Assembly: GCA_937949915.1 (NCBI GenBank)
Contig: CALECP010000146.1
Coordinates: 1-47,411 of the forward strand
Direction of reading: 5' to 3'
Source: an uncultured Anaerolineae bacterium
GTDB lineage: Bacteria; Chloroflexota; Anaerolineae; Promineifilales; Promineifilaceae
DNA: 47,411 nucleotides
Part shown: one piece after another, positions 23,619 through 33,542 of the stretch
Layout of the letters: the number at the start of each line of letters is the position of its first letter
How positions within the stretch are numbered: the stretch's first letter is position 1
Program-made: the position numbers and the translations under genes
The notes under the pieces: generated by a model
Databases searched by the model: none
What the model was told of the DNA's origin: nothing
Seen by the model: the letters and a program-made list of their open reading frames with translations, nothing else

Positions 23619-26315
23619 TCACATCGTCTTCAACCGGCCGCCAATCTCCTCCCGACTCGCCTCAAGCAACGCTAACTTGTCCCGTTCCGCCTGCACCACA
23701 TTCTCCGGTGCTTTCTTCGCAAACGGGCTGTTCAAGAGGCCGGTGAGCCGCTTGATTTGGCTGTCTAGCTCGGCCGCTTCCTTCTCCAACCGCGCTTTCT
23801 CCTGCGCGAGATCAACCATCCCGGCCAACGGCAAATAACAACTGTAATCACCCAATGAAATCGTCACCGCGTTGTCTGGGGCATCGGCCGCCGTCACAAT
23901 CTCAATCGCGTCCTGATCGAGCCGCGCCAACGCACAGAACACCGCTTTGTTCGCCGTCAGCCATGCCGGATCGGCCGTCACAACCATCGCCGGAATGCGC
24001 TTGCCGGGCGGCACTTTGTACTCCGCACGGCTGGCACGAATCGCGGTCGTTAGCTCTTGCAGACGGCCGAACTGCCCCGCCTCAGCCTCAAATGTCGCTT
24101 GCGCCTCCGGCCATTGCGCGATGATCAACGCCTCTGACCATCCTTCGGCCGGTTCAATCCCCAAATCAGCCTGTTCAAACGCCGCTTTCAACTGTTGCCA
24201 CACCTCTTCCGTGACGAACGGAATGTACGGGTGCAACATTCTCAGAGCCGCATCCAGCACCGTGAACAACGTGTGCAACGTTCCCCACGCCGTCTTTTCA
24301 TTGCTCCGCAACTGCACCTTCGCCGCCTCAATATACCAATCGGCAAAGTCGTCCCACAGGAGCTTTTCAAGCTGTCTACCCGCTTCGCCAAACTGGAAGC
24401 CATCCATCAACCGATTGACGCTGGCCGTTGTCTCTGCCAAGCGGGTCAAAATCCATTTGTCGGCCGCTGTATGCTCAATCTCCGGCTGTGCCAGCAGCCC
24501 CTGATACGGGTCAAGCGCGTCCTCACTCGGAATGTTCGACACGATAAACCGCGCCGTGTTCCACAGCTTGTTGGCAAAGTTGCGGTTGCTCTCAATTTTC
24601 GGGATGGAGAGGTTCATATCGTTGCCCGGCGACCCACTCGTGAGCAACGTAAAGCGCAACGCATCGGTGCCGAATTGGGCGGTGACATCCAACGGATCGG
24701 TCACGTTCCCCTTCGTTTTCGACATTTTCTTCCCTTTCTCATCACGCACCAGCCCATGCAAATAAATCGTCTCAAACGGGATGTCATTCGTGTACATCAA
24801 CCCTTGCATCGCCATCCGCGCTACCCAGAAAAACAGAATGTCATACCCCGTTTCCATCACCGTTGTCGGGTAAAAACGACGCAAATCGGGCGTGTCATCT
24901 GGCCAGCCCAGCGTACTAAACGGCCACAATCCAGACGAAAACCATGTGTCCAACACGTCGGGATCACGCTCTATCGTCACATCGTCACCGTACTTTTTCT
25001 GGGCGATGGCGAGGGCTTCCTCATCGGACTTGGCAACCACAAATTGGCTCTCGTCCCCATTGACGTACCACACCGGGATACGATGACCCCACCACAATTG
25101 GCGGCTAATGCACCACGGCCGAATATCGGTCAGCCAACTTTCCCACGTCTTATTAAACCGTTCCGGCACGATGTTGATCCGGCCGCTTCGCACTGCTTCC
25201 AACGCCATTTTCGCCATCGGTTCCGCGTCCACAAACCACTGTTTGCTCACCAACGGCTCGATAATCTCACCCCCGCGCTGGCTCACAGGCACTTCATGTT
25301 CGTACTCCTTCGCCTCAATCGCATGTCCAGCGGCCGTCAACTCCGCCCACATCCGTTCCCGCGCCGCATACCGATCCATGCCGTTATAATCGCCGCCGTT
25401 CACGTTGATCGTCGCGTTTTTATTCATCACATTAATGATGGGCAACCCGTGCCGCTCACCAATCACGTAGTCGTTCTGATCATGGCCGGGCGTGATTTTC
25501 AACGCGCCCGTTCCAAACTCCATCTTCACGTACTCATCCGCAATTACCGGAATCTCCCGGCCGACATGCGGCACAATCGCCATCTTCCCGATAAATTGCT
25601 GATACCGTTCATCATCAGGATGCACCGCAATCGCCGTATCACCCAAAATCGTTTCCGGCCGCGTCGTCGCCACAGGAATGAAACCGCCGTCCTTTAATGG
25701 GTACTTAAAATGGTACAGCTTGCCAACGTGCGGCGTGAACTCTACTTCGAGGTCAGACACGGCCGTTTGCAATCCCGGCGACCAGTTGACCATCCGTGCC
25801 CCGCGATAAATCAGCCCCATTCGATGCAACCGCACGAACGCCTCAAGCACGGCCGCCGTCAACCCGTCATCCAGCGTAAACCGCTCACGCTCCCAATCAG
25901 CACTCGCGCCCATACTACGCATCTGCTTCGTAATCCGCCCCGCATACCGATCTTTCCACTCCCACGTCATGTCGAGAAACGCCTCACGGCCGATATCATC
26001 CTTCGTCTTGCCATGCTCGGCCAACTGCTTCTCAACCTGCAATTGCGTCGCAATCCCCGCATGATCGGTGCCGGGAATCCACAAAGCCGCCTTCCCCTGC
26101 ATCCGCGCCCGCCGGATCATCAAATCCTCCAGCGACACAAACATTGCGTGTCCCATGTGCAACTGCCCCGTCACGTTCGGCGGCGGAATCGCTATCGTAA
26201 ATGGTTCAGCGTCGTCCGGCCGACACTCCGGCTTGAACCACCCATTCTCTTCCCACCATTTGTATAAACGGTCTTCTACAGTCGTAAAATCGTAAGCCTT
26301 TAGCATTGTTGTCAT
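23619..26315 (-). CDS. valS: Valyl-tRNA synthetase
   Basis: 898-aa ORF with the HIGH motif (PPPNVTGQLHMGH), KMSKS motif (KMSKTKGN), CP1 editing domain and C-terminal coiled coil. Confidence 0.97.
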   Translation of the reverse strand: MTTMLKAYDFTTVEDRLYKWWEENGWFKPECRPDDAEPFTIAIPPPNVTGQLHMGHAMFVSLEDLMIRRARMQGKAALWIPGTDHAGIATQLQVEKQLAEHGKTKDDIGREAFLDMTWEWKDRYAGRITKQMRSMGASADWERERFTLDDGLTAAVLEAFVRLHRMGLIYRGARMVNWSPGLQTAVSDLEVEFTPHVGKLYHFKYPLKDGGFIPVATTRPETILGDTAIAVHPDDERYQQFIGKMAIVPHVGREIPVIADEYVKMEFGTGALKITPGHDQNDYVIGERHGLPIINVMNKNATINVNGGDYNGMDRYAARERMWAELTAAGHAIEAKEYEHEVPVSQRGGEIIEPLVSKQWFVDAEPMAKMALEAVRSGRINIVPERFNKTWESWLTDIRPWCISRQLWWGHRIPVWYVNGDESQFVVAKSDEEALAIAQKKYGDDVTIERDPDVLDTWFSSGLWPFSTLGWPDDTPDLRRFYPTTVMETGYDILFFWVARMAMQGLMYTNDIPFETIYLHGLVRDEKGKKMSKTKGNVTDPLDVTAQFGTDALRFTLLTSGSPGNDMNLSIPKIESNRNFANKLWNTARFIVSNIPSEDALDPYQGLLAQPEIEHTAADKWILTRLAETTASVNRLMDGFQFGEAGRQLEKLLWDDFADWYIEAAKVQLRSNEKTAWGTLHTLFTVLDAALRMLHPYIPFVTEEVWQQLKAAFEQADLGIEPAEGWSEALIIAQWPEAQATFEAEAGQFGRLQELTTAIRASRAEYKVPPGKRIPAMVVTADPAWLTANKAVFCALARLDQDAIEIVTAADAPDNAVTISLGDYSCYLPLAGMVDLAQEKARLEKEAAELDSQIKRLTGLLNSPFAKKAPENVVQAERDKLALLEASREEIGGRLKTM

Positions 26316-26776
26316 ATCGTTTTTCCATAGGTTGCATCAACGCGCAACTGATAAAATTTTTCTAATAATTCAGGTTCGAGATAATTTTCTCGAATTTTTA
26401 GCAAGCGCCGTTTGCCTACTCGCTTGTCTAAAACCGCCAACAGGCGATGCAACGGATCATCTGATGCAACGGCATCTTCAATTGACATATTGAGGAATGA
26501 GAAACAAGCGGCCGTAAACAACCATCCCGGCTGAAACATCTCTACCTTCATCTGATCCTGCACAACATCATCACCTACTGTCCGCCCTCGCTCATACCGT
26601 GCCATTTCATACTGAATCGTACAAAATTCAGCCCACTCTATACCGTCAACGACAATCGTTCCCCGTTGTGGCTGATCATGCGACTGCCGATAAGCCACAA
26701 GGCGCAACTGCACCCGTTCCTGCAACTCAGGCACAAAGTTCGCTTCAACTCGTTGTTTCAACTTAGACCATTTCAT
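26312..26776 (-). CDS. Conserved hypothetical protein (MKWSKLKQRVE... family), translationally coupled to valS
   Basis: 154-aa ORF whose stop overlaps the valS start by 4 nt. It resembles a small family I recall being annotated SF0329-like (recall only). GATACT lies 5 nt upstream of the ATG. Confidence 0.65.
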   Translation of the reverse strand: MKWSKLKQRVEANFVPELQERVQLRLVAYRQSHDQPQRGTIVVDGIEWAEFCTIQYEMARYERGRTVGDDVVQDQMKVEMFQPGWLFTAACFSFLNMSIEDAVASDDPLHRLLAVLDKRVGKRRLLKIRENYLEPELLEKFYQLRVDATYGKTI

Positions 26777-26860
26777 TATTTAGTATCTCATTCATTAAAT
26801 CGAAGCGGCCGATTGGTCATTATCGTCATGGCAACTTCTTGATTTATTAATTAAGCTGTC

Positions 26861-27100
26861 CTAATTATTTTTTGGATGGCTTTTCGCAGTCCGTTCATTT
26901 CCACGCTTGTAATTACCAGTGATCCGCGCCATCCATTGTTGTTGATCACCGAAATCAAGTTGATTCATTTTGCTGATAAACGCGCTTGCTTTTGCGCCGC
27001 GCAATATCGTAGCCAGTTGACCATGATGGTCGATCATGACATCGTTGTTTCTTGTTTCAGTGTACTGAAACCCTAAATCAGCTTGCGATTTGTCATTCAT
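26861..27100 (-). CDS. Small conserved hypothetical protein (79 aa)
   Basis: The ORF overlaps the upstream hydrolase gene's stop by 8 nt. The C-terminal ITGNYKRGNER motif is seen in small conserved bacterial proteins of unknown function (recall only). Confidence 0.55.
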   Translation of the reverse strand: MNDKSQADLGFQYTETRNNDVMIDHHGQLATILRGAKASAFISKMNQLDFGDQQQWMARITGNYKRGNERTAKSHPKNN

Positions 27101-27938
27101 AAAAATGCTCGATCAGCAACGCATTCATGCGCTCTGCCGCATCATGCTGCACCCAATGTGTCGCATGGTCAATTGTCACCAAGCGGCCGTCCTCACACTT
27201 TTCGACACTCGCTTGCGCCATCTCATAGCTCAGGTAACGGTCTTGCTTGCCCCAGATGACCAGCGTCGGCGGTTTGATCCGGCCGGGCTTGGTCACTTTC
27301 GGCCGCGTCTGAAACGCCGCCCGATACCAGTTGAGCATCCCGGTCATCGCCCCCGGCTGACCCCATGCCGCACGATAACGGTCGTACTCAGCTTGCGGCA
27401 AGCGTGGCAATTGGCTGGTCATCGCTTGAAAATTACCGAGCTTCAAAAGCAGCTCTGGCAAGACGGGAAGTTGGAAGAAGAACATGTACCAACTCTTGCG
27501 ACGTTGCTTGCGGTCTTTGCGTAGCTGCCTGAGCATCACTTCGCCATGCGGGGCATTGAGAATCGCCAGCTTTTTGACACGCTCTGGGTACTCTTGTGCC
27601 GTCCACCACGCCACACTCGCGCCCCAATCATGCCCCGCCAAACAAAAACGCTCGTACCCCAGCGCGTCCGCGATGCCGATAATGTCGGCCGCCAGATGAT
27701 CGATCCGATACGCAGCCACGCCCTTTGGTTTATCGCTCACATTGTAGCCCCGCTGATCAGGCGCGATCACCCGAAAACCTGCGGCCGCCAATGCCACAAT
27801 CTGGCTTTCCCAGCCAAACCACGCCTCTGGGAAACCATGCAGCAAAATCACAGGGTCGCCCGTTTCAGGCCCTGCAATCGCTACACGCAACCGAATGCCA
27901 TTTGTTTGAATAAAGCGAAATTTTATGCTTGTTTGCAT
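27093..27938 (-). CDS. Alpha/beta hydrolase, epoxide-hydrolase/haloalkane-dehalogenase-like
   Basis: ILLHGFPEAWFGWESQI (HGxP oxyanion motif), GHDWGASVAWW (Asp nucleophile elbow) and C-terminal ATHWVQHD (His). Confidence 0.88.
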   Translation of the reverse strand: MQTSIKFRFIQTNGIRLRVAIAGPETGDPVILLHGFPEAWFGWESQIVALAAAGFRVIAPDQRGYNVSDKPKGVAAYRIDHLAADIIGIADALGYERFCLAGHDWGASVAWWTAQEYPERVKKLAILNAPHGEVMLRQLRKDRKQRRKSWYMFFFQLPVLPELLLKLGNFQAMTSQLPRLPQAEYDRYRAAWGQPGAMTGMLNWYRAAFQTRPKVTKPGRIKPPTLVIWGKQDRYLSYEMAQASVEKCEDGRLVTIDHATHWVQHDAAERMNALLIEHFYE

Positions 27939-27950
27939 TCTATTTTATCC

Positions 27951-28484
27951 TCACGGCCGCATAGCCCACGGCCGAATCTGACCCACAATCGTCACCGCAT
28001 CCCGCGACTGAATCGCCCCGATCACACCGTCACTGATTTCACGATGCGTCAGCCAGCGCGACCCATTTCCCATCGCCACAAACCCCAGCACCACACGCTG
28101 ATAGCTCAGGTTTTCATATTGGGAAAACGCGGCCGTCTCGCCATCCTGCCAGTTGTCGGGGTCAGCCCCCGCGCTGCCCAGCACATGCACATATTGCACC
28201 GGAATCGCTTGTTGGTCTAGCACGGCCGCCACAGCATCAGGCGCGTCTGGCGCACTGCCATGTATCCAGCACACGGCTCGGTCAATCGCGCCCTGCTCGG
28301 CAATCGCACCTTTCATAGCCGTTTGCAATGTGTCAGTATGGCGATAATCGACAGCCAGCGGGTTGATCACACAGGGCAAATGCGGCCGTCTCGCCACCAC
28401 AGAGACAGTCATCCCCTGCCCCACCAGCCAGCAAGAAACGCCGCCCATCATGCCCGTGCCGCCCACCACCAGTGCGTGACTCAT
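27951..28484 (-). CDS. NAD(P)-binding Rossmann-fold protein (atypical short-chain dehydrogenase-like)
   Basis: Start moved to ATG 28484 (MSHALVVGGTGMMGG...VSVVARR). It overlaps the upstream small gene's stop by 4 nt (ATGA). Confidence 0.68.
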   Translation of the reverse strand: MSHALVVGGTGMMGGVSCWLVGQGMTVSVVARRPHLPCVINPLAVDYRHTDTLQTAMKGAIAEQGAIDRAVCWIHGSAPDAPDAVAAVLDQQAIPVQYVHVLGSAGADPDNWQDGETAAFSQYENLSYQRVVLGFVAMGNGSRWLTHREISDGVIGAIQSRDAVTIVGQIRPWAMRP

Positions 28485-28705
28485 TTGCGCCGCCTCATCG
28501 CACCGACGATGCGCCACAAACCCAGCACAACTGAAAGTGGCCCAAACACGCGATAACCACCGAGCGTTGCGATCACCCGGCCGACACCGCGCACCTGCTC
28601 CGGCGGAATCGCACTAGCGGGATCGATAAATGCCCAATAGCAAAAGAACAACCCAATCGCCAAGAGCAATGTACCGATCAATAATTGTTGTTTTCGATTC
28701 ATCAT
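28481..28705 (-). CDS. Small two-TM membrane protein (74 aa)
   Basis: Start moved to ATG 28705 (GGAAAGGAG upstream). The longer ORF-track start at 28771 lies inside the T-box terminator. Sequence: MMNRKQQLLIGTLLLAIGLFFCYWAF...GPLSVVLGLWRIVGAMRRRK. Confidence 0.6.
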   Translation of the reverse strand: MMNRKQQLLIGTLLLAIGLFFCYWAFIDPASAIPPEQVRGVGRVIATLGGYRVFGPLSVVLGLWRIVGAMRRRK

Positions 28706-28730
28706 TCGCTCCTTTCCGTTAAAATGAAAC

Positions 28731-28768
28731 AAAAAAGCGTTCGCATCCTCATCAAAGGACGCAAACGC
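28731..28768 (-). terminator. Intrinsic terminator of the T-box leader
   Basis: Minus strand: GCGTTTGCGTCC-TTTGATGA-GGATGCGAACGC (12 bp including two G-U pairs) followed by TTTTTT (28736-28731). Confidence 0.8.
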
Positions 28769-29003
28769 CATTGTTTACGCGGTACCACCTTTGTTCGCTT
28801 GCATTCACAAACGCACTCAGTTTTGCTGTAACGGGCAAACCCGTCTTTGCCTACACAGTTTTTACCCACAAAAACATTCAGCCAAGAGACTCACGAGCGA
28901 CATTCGGCGGGGCAGTTTCGAGGGAACTTTCAGCCAATGATTCCCATTCTCTAACGATTACGGCCGCCTACTCTTCTCGGTCAGCGTCAAAATATCAACG
29001 ATG
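28731..29003 (-). promoter_or_regulatory. T-box riboswitch leader, specifier most likely GUC (Val)
   Basis: Elements on the minus strand:
- GA/K-turn context (TGA...GA)
- specifier-loop 5' side AAGAGTA
- AG bulge AGAGA
- distal loop TTGGCTGAAAG
- specifier-loop 3' side GAA-T-GTC-G immediately before helix CTCG (GTC at 28901-28899)
- F-box-like CCGTTA
- canonical T-box AAAGGTGGTACCGCG (28789-28778 for GGTGGTACCGCG)
- terminator + T6
GCGAAC upstream of the T-box can pair with GTTTGC of the terminator's 5' arm (antiterminator). Confidence 0.82.
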
Positions 29004-29009
29004 CAAACC

Positions 29010-29037
29010 AGTATAGCACTGTAAAATCAGTTGGCAA
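29010..29037 (-). promoter_or_regulatory. Sigma-70-type promoter for the T-box leader
   Basis: Minus strand: TTGCCA (29037-29032), 16-nt spacer ending in TGC, TATACT (29015-29010). This is an extended -10 of the form TGnTATACT. Confidence 0.55.
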
Positions 29038-29083
29038 TACCTTATTCGACTGTCATAAATCGCTCAATAGAGAGGGCTGTCAA

Positions 29084-30097
29084 CTAAAGATTGGGAACGC
29101 TGCGTTGCAAAATGGGGAGTTCGGTCAACGCTTTGCCCGCACCCAGCGCCGTACACGCAATCGGGTTTTCAGCGATATAGGCCGGTACACCTGTCTCGCG
29201 GGTCAACAGCATTTCGATACCGCGCAACATCGCTATCCCCCCCGTCAGTGCCATCCCTCGGTCGATAATATCAGACGATAGTTCAGGTGGCGTTTTTGAT
29301 AGTACGCCGCGAATGATATTGATCATCGCGTTCAATGGCTCTTTCATCGCTTCACTGACTTCAGTGGCATGGATGATCGTCGTTTTGGGCAAGCCTGTGA
29401 TCTGGTCACGTCCTTGCACCTGCATCGAATCTTCTACTTCTGGCGTTGTTGCGGATCCCAGTTTAATCTTGACCGCTTCGGCCGTCGGTTGACCGATCAG
29501 CAAATTGTACTTTTTCCGCACATAGTTCTGGATCGCTTCATCTAAATGCAAGCCGCCTACACGTACCGACTCGGCCGACACGATACCATTGACCGACACA
29601 ACGGCCGCCTCTGTGCTGCCCCCACCCAGATCAACCACCATGTTGCCCACAGGCGTACCAATCGGCAGCCCAGCCCCAATCGCGGCCGCCAATGGCTCTG
29701 GGATCAAATGCACTTCACGCGCCCCGGCCGCCCGACCAGCCTCACGAATAGCGCGGCGTTCCACACTGGTCACGCCATACGGATGCGCGATCATCACCAC
29801 CGGCCGACGGCGAAACGGAAATCTGCCTGTCACTTTTTCAATAAAGTATTGCAGCATCCGCTCTGTCACAAAATAATCGGCGATCACACCATTGCGTAAC
29901 GGCCGTACCACTTCGATCTCATCCGGTGTCCGGCCGAACATTTCACGCGCAGCCCGGCCGACCTCCACAATTTTCGTCCCTCCATCCCCAATCGCCACAA
30001 TCGACGGCTCCATCAACACAACGCCCCGCCCTTCTACATGGACGAGAACATTGACCGTTCCGAGGTCGATAGCAACTTGTGGATTAAAATAAGACAT
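29084..30097 (-). CDS. mreB: Rod-shape-determining actin homologue MreB
   Basis: [29 protein letters not shown]...[15 protein letters not shown]...[11 protein letters not shown] are all actin-fold phosphate/adenosine motifs in the MreB arrangement. Confidence 0.95.
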   Translation of the reverse strand: MSYFNPQVAIDLGTVNVLVHVEGRGVVLMEPSIVAIGDGGTKIVEVGRAAREMFGRTPDEIEVVRPLRNGVIADYFVTERMLQYFIEKVTGRFPFRRRPVVMIAHPYGVTSVERRAIREAGRAAGAREVHLIPEPLAAAIGAGLPIGTPVGNMVVDLGGGSTEAAVVSVNGIVSAESVRVGGLHLDEAIQNYVRKKYNLLIGQPTAEAVKIKLGSATTPEVEDSMQVQGRDQITGLPKTTIIHATEVSEAMKEPLNAMINIIRGVLSKTPPELSSDIIDRGMALTGGIAMLRGIEMLLTRETGVPAYIAENPIACTALGAGKALTELPILQRSVPNL

Positions 30098-30180
30098 CGC
30101 GCAAAAGTTTACCTGATTTATCGTAATAAAACATTATTTATCACACAAGCTCACCGTTTTTCAACCACATCACAACATTC

Positions 30181-32166
30181 TCAATAATCGTAAATGTTGC
30201 GCTCAATGCGGAATACGTGTGCCATTTTGTAGGACGGCCGCAACTCCACATAATTGCTGTAGCCATGCCAAATATACTGCTCATCATTGAGCAAATCGTT
30301 GACGCGATAGGCGGCGTGTTCGTCGATGCCAAAGTGGTGCAGGGGAAGGTGTACCATCGAGCCTTGTGTGCGGAACGGATCGAGATTGACAAAACAGGCG
30401 ATGATATTGCTGCCATCGGCCGTCGCTTTGTAGTAGCCGATGATGTTCGGATTATCAACTGGGATAAAGTGCAAATTGTCGTACTGTTGCAGCGCAGGAT
30501 TGTGCTGGCGAATGTGGTTGAGGCGCGTGATGATATGCTTGATATGCCCCGGCCGCTCCCAATCCCATACCTTGTAATCGTACTTTTCCGAGTTCAGATA
30601 CTCCTCTTTCCCCGGCACGGCCGTATTTTCGCACAGTTCAAAGCCACTATAAATGCCATATACAGATGAGAGTGTCGTCGCCAAAACAGAGCGCATGATA
30701 AACGCTGGACGGCCGCCATTTTGCAACACAGTCGGCAAAATATCAGGCGTATTCGCAAAGAAATTGCCCGTGAAATACTCCACCATCTCTGTTCGGGTCA
30801 ACTCGGTCAGATATTCTGTCAACCCTTCCTTGTCATTGCGCCATGTAAAGTACGTGTACGACTGCGCGAACCCCACTTTTGCCAACATTTTCATCATCTT
30901 CGGCATCGTAAACGCCTCTGACAAATAGACCACATCGGGATACACCTTATGCACCTCCGCGATCACCCATTCCCAAAACGGGACAGGCTTGGTGTGCGGG
31001 TTGTCTATGCGGAAAGTCCGCACCCCTTTTTCTGCCCAAAACAGGAAAATGTTGAGCATTTCCGTCCACAACCCCTCTTTGTCATCGGTGTAAAAGTTGA
31101 GCGGATAGACATCTTCGTACTTTTTCGGCGGGTTCTCCGCGTACTTGATCGAGCCATCCGGCCGATGGTAGAACCAATCTGGATGATCCTTCACATACGG
31201 GTGGTCGGGCGAGCAATTGGTGACAAAATCGAGCGCAATTTCGATGCCCAATGCGGCCGCCTTCTGGCGAAAGCGTTCAAAATCAGCAAAGTCGCCCAAA
31301 TCTGGCTCAATCGCCATGTGACCGCCATGCTCGTTGCCGATAGCATACGGGCAACCGGGGTCATCGGGGCCTGCGATCAATGAGTTGTTTGGCCCTTTGC
31401 GGTTGGTCACGCCGATGGGATGGATGGGCGGGAAGTAGACGACATTGAAGCCCATGCTGGCGATTTCATCGAGCCGCGCGGCCGCTTCGTCCCATGTCGC
31501 GCTTTGTCCTTCCACTGTCCCGGCCGAGCGCGGGAAAAATTCGTACCATGCCGCAAAACGCGCTTCCGGCCGGTTCACCATCACCGTCAAGTATGGCTTG
31601 TACGTGTACGATTCGCTACGGTCTGCATAGGTCGCCATCAATGCGCTCGTTTGCTCATCGGTGCTGATGGCAACGGCCGCGTCCTGTTCACCGTCGGCAA
31701 TGTGTTGCTTGATGTGGGCGACGATTTGCGTGATCGCGGCCGCATCGTCTCCGGTGGCGATGGCGGCCGACCCCGCAATGATCGCGCACCCTTCCAACAA
31801 TTCGCTCGTCAGGTCAGCGTCTGGCAAATTTTTCTTGTTTAGCTCATGTACCCAACTGACATATTTCTCGGCATACGCTTCAATCGTGTATTCGAAATAC
31901 GCATTTTGATCGACAGTAAATGTGCCTGTCCAGCGATCATTATCAAGCGGCTGCATCGGGGCTTCTTGCCATTTGCGCGTCCCTCGCTTGCGCCACTTCA
32001 CCCACGCAGCAAGGTCATCATGCCCTTCCTTATAGATGTCGGCATACAGGGTGACATGCTCGCCTACAATGCGCTTGATCGGGTAGCGGCCGCCATCGAC
32101 AACCGGGGTGATATTTTCGATAACGAGCGAAGGATACGTTGTTGGAACAGACGATTTTTTAGACAT
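30181..32166 (-). CDS. glgE: Alpha-1,4-glucan:maltose-1-phosphate maltosyltransferase
   Basis: 661 aa. N-terminal GlgE-specific domain (IENITPVVDGGRYPIKRIVGEHVTLYADIYKEGHD) and GH13_3 catalytic core (FRIDNPHTKP, ALDFVTNCSPDHPYVKDHPDWF). Confidence 0.9.
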   Translation of the reverse strand: MSKKSSVPTTYPSLVIENITPVVDGGRYPIKRIVGEHVTLYADIYKEGHDDLAAWVKWRKRGTRKWQEAPMQPLDNDRWTGTFTVDQNAYFEYTIEAYAEKYVSWVHELNKKNLPDADLTSELLEGCAIIAGSAAIATGDDAAAITQIVAHIKQHIADGEQDAAVAISTDEQTSALMATYADRSESYTYKPYLTVMVNRPEARFAAWYEFFPRSAGTVEGQSATWDEAAARLDEIASMGFNVVYFPPIHPIGVTNRKGPNNSLIAGPDDPGCPYAIGNEHGGHMAIEPDLGDFADFERFRQKAAALGIEIALDFVTNCSPDHPYVKDHPDWFYHRPDGSIKYAENPPKKYEDVYPLNFYTDDKEGLWTEMLNIFLFWAEKGVRTFRIDNPHTKPVPFWEWVIAEVHKVYPDVVYLSEAFTMPKMMKMLAKVGFAQSYTYFTWRNDKEGLTEYLTELTRTEMVEYFTGNFFANTPDILPTVLQNGGRPAFIMRSVLATTLSSVYGIYSGFELCENTAVPGKEEYLNSEKYDYKVWDWERPGHIKHIITRLNHIRQHNPALQQYDNLHFIPVDNPNIIGYYKATADGSNIIACFVNLDPFRTQGSMVHLPLHHFGIDEHAAYRVNDLLNDEQYIWHGYSNYVELRPSYKMAHVFRIERNIYDY

Positions 32167-32172
32167 GGGCGA

Positions 32173-33384
32173 TTAGCTATCAGCGACTAGCTGTGCATAA
32201 AGGGTTTTGGTTTGGGCCGCAATCGACGACCAGCTAAAGGTGTTATGAGCGCGATTGTAGCCGTTTTGCGCCATCCTGTTTCGCAGTGCGTCGTCAGCGA
32301 CGAGGCGGTTGATTCCGGCCGCCAGATCACGAGCGAATTTGTCCGGGTCAACCGGCTCGAATGGCGCTTCTGTTTGTTGTTCGAGTGGCACAAGGATGCC
32401 TGTTTCGCCATCGACCACCACTTCTTTGATGCCGCCGACCGCACTGGCAACCACGGCCGTATGACACGCCATCGCTTCCAAATTAATGATGCCAAACGGC
32501 TCATAGATCGACGGACACGCGAACACCGTCGCATGGCTGTACATCTGGATCACTTCTGGCTTGCTCAACATTTGCTCAACCCAGATGATGTTGTCGCGGG
32601 TTTGACGCGCTGCTTCGATTTGGGCTTGCATTTCGGCCGCGATTTCCGGCGTGTCGGGCGATCCTGCCAGCAACACAATTTGCACGGCCGGATCGATATA
32701 TTTGATCGCATTGACCAAATGCACGATCCCTTTTTGGCGCGTGATGCGGCCGACAAACAACACAAACGGCTGCGTCGGGTCAACCCCGTATGCTTCCAGT
32801 GCTGATGTATCATCCACATGCTTGTACTCGTCTAGCTGGATGCCATTGTAGATCACATGCACTTTGTCCGGGTCAACATCAAACAGCCGCTCCACATCCG
32901 CTTTTGTCTCGATAGAAACAGCCACTACCGCGTCAGCCATCTCCACGGCCGTGCGTTCGATCCAGCTAGAGAGATCATACCCTCTGCCCAGTTGCTCACG
33001 CTTCCACGGCCGCAACGGCTCTAGAGAATGGGTTGTCACCACCAACGGAATGCCGTACACCAGCTTTGCCAAAATACCAGCAAATTGCCCATACCATGTA
33101 TGACAATGCACCACATCTGCGTCGATACCATCTTGCATCGTCAGCACGTTCGTCTCAATCGTTTTCAGTGCGCCTCGCAATTTTGCGTCCACATTTTGCC
33201 AATTGTCATCCGAAAATGGGTATCCCTTGACACTCAAATGGTCTTTGTGCTGATCTTGGTCGCCAAAACTACGGATTTCTACGTCCATCAGCTTCGCTAA
33301 CTCTTGAGATAGATATTCGACATGGACACCCGCGCCACCATACACATACGGCGGTGATTCTCTGGTCGTGAATAATACTTTCAT
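32173..33384 (-). CDS. GT4 glycogen-synthase-like enzyme of the GlgM (maltose-1-phosphate synthase, 'glgA_Coryne') type
   Basis: Start moved to ATG 33384 (MKVLFTTRESPPYVYGGAGVHVEYLSQELAK). GT4 C-terminal motif EPFGIINLEAMA. It is 6 nt upstream of glgE on the same strand. Confidence 0.8.
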   Translation of the reverse strand: MKVLFTTRESPPYVYGGAGVHVEYLSQELAKLMDVEIRSFGDQDQHKDHLSVKGYPFSDDNWQNVDAKLRGALKTIETNVLTMQDGIDADVVHCHTWYGQFAGILAKLVYGIPLVVTTHSLEPLRPWKREQLGRGYDLSSWIERTAVEMADAVVAVSIETKADVERLFDVDPDKVHVIYNGIQLDEYKHVDDTSALEAYGVDPTQPFVLFVGRITRQKGIVHLVNAIKYIDPAVQIVLLAGSPDTPEIAAEMQAQIEAARQTRDNIIWVEQMLSKPEVIQMYSHATVFACPSIYEPFGIINLEAMACHTAVVASAVGGIKEVVVDGETGILVPLEQQTEAPFEPVDPDKFARDLAAGINRLVADDALRNRMAQNGYNRAHNTFSWSSIAAQTKTLYAQLVADS

Positions 33385-33542
33385 ACAAGCACCTTTTTTG
33401 ATTGTCTTTCTCTCATTATGCGCCATTCCCGGCCGACACAATGATACCGGGAACAGGGCGGCGACACAAAAAAAAGCGACAATTGCCCATTGACAATCGC
33501 CGCCTCTTTTTATCATCTTTTGTTGTAATCGGCCGCGTATGC

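Noticed and set aside
24195-25697. A 500-aa ORF on the plus strand inside valS. Similar long antisense ORFs occur at 25710-26267, 11461-12297, 27546-28220, 30217-30669, 34308-34832, 43661-44236 and 45548-46183.
   Set aside because: Each lies fully within a strongly supported gene on the opposite strand. Each has the Arg/His/Pro/Gln-rich, low-complexity composition typical of shadow frames. None has a recognisable motif or start context.
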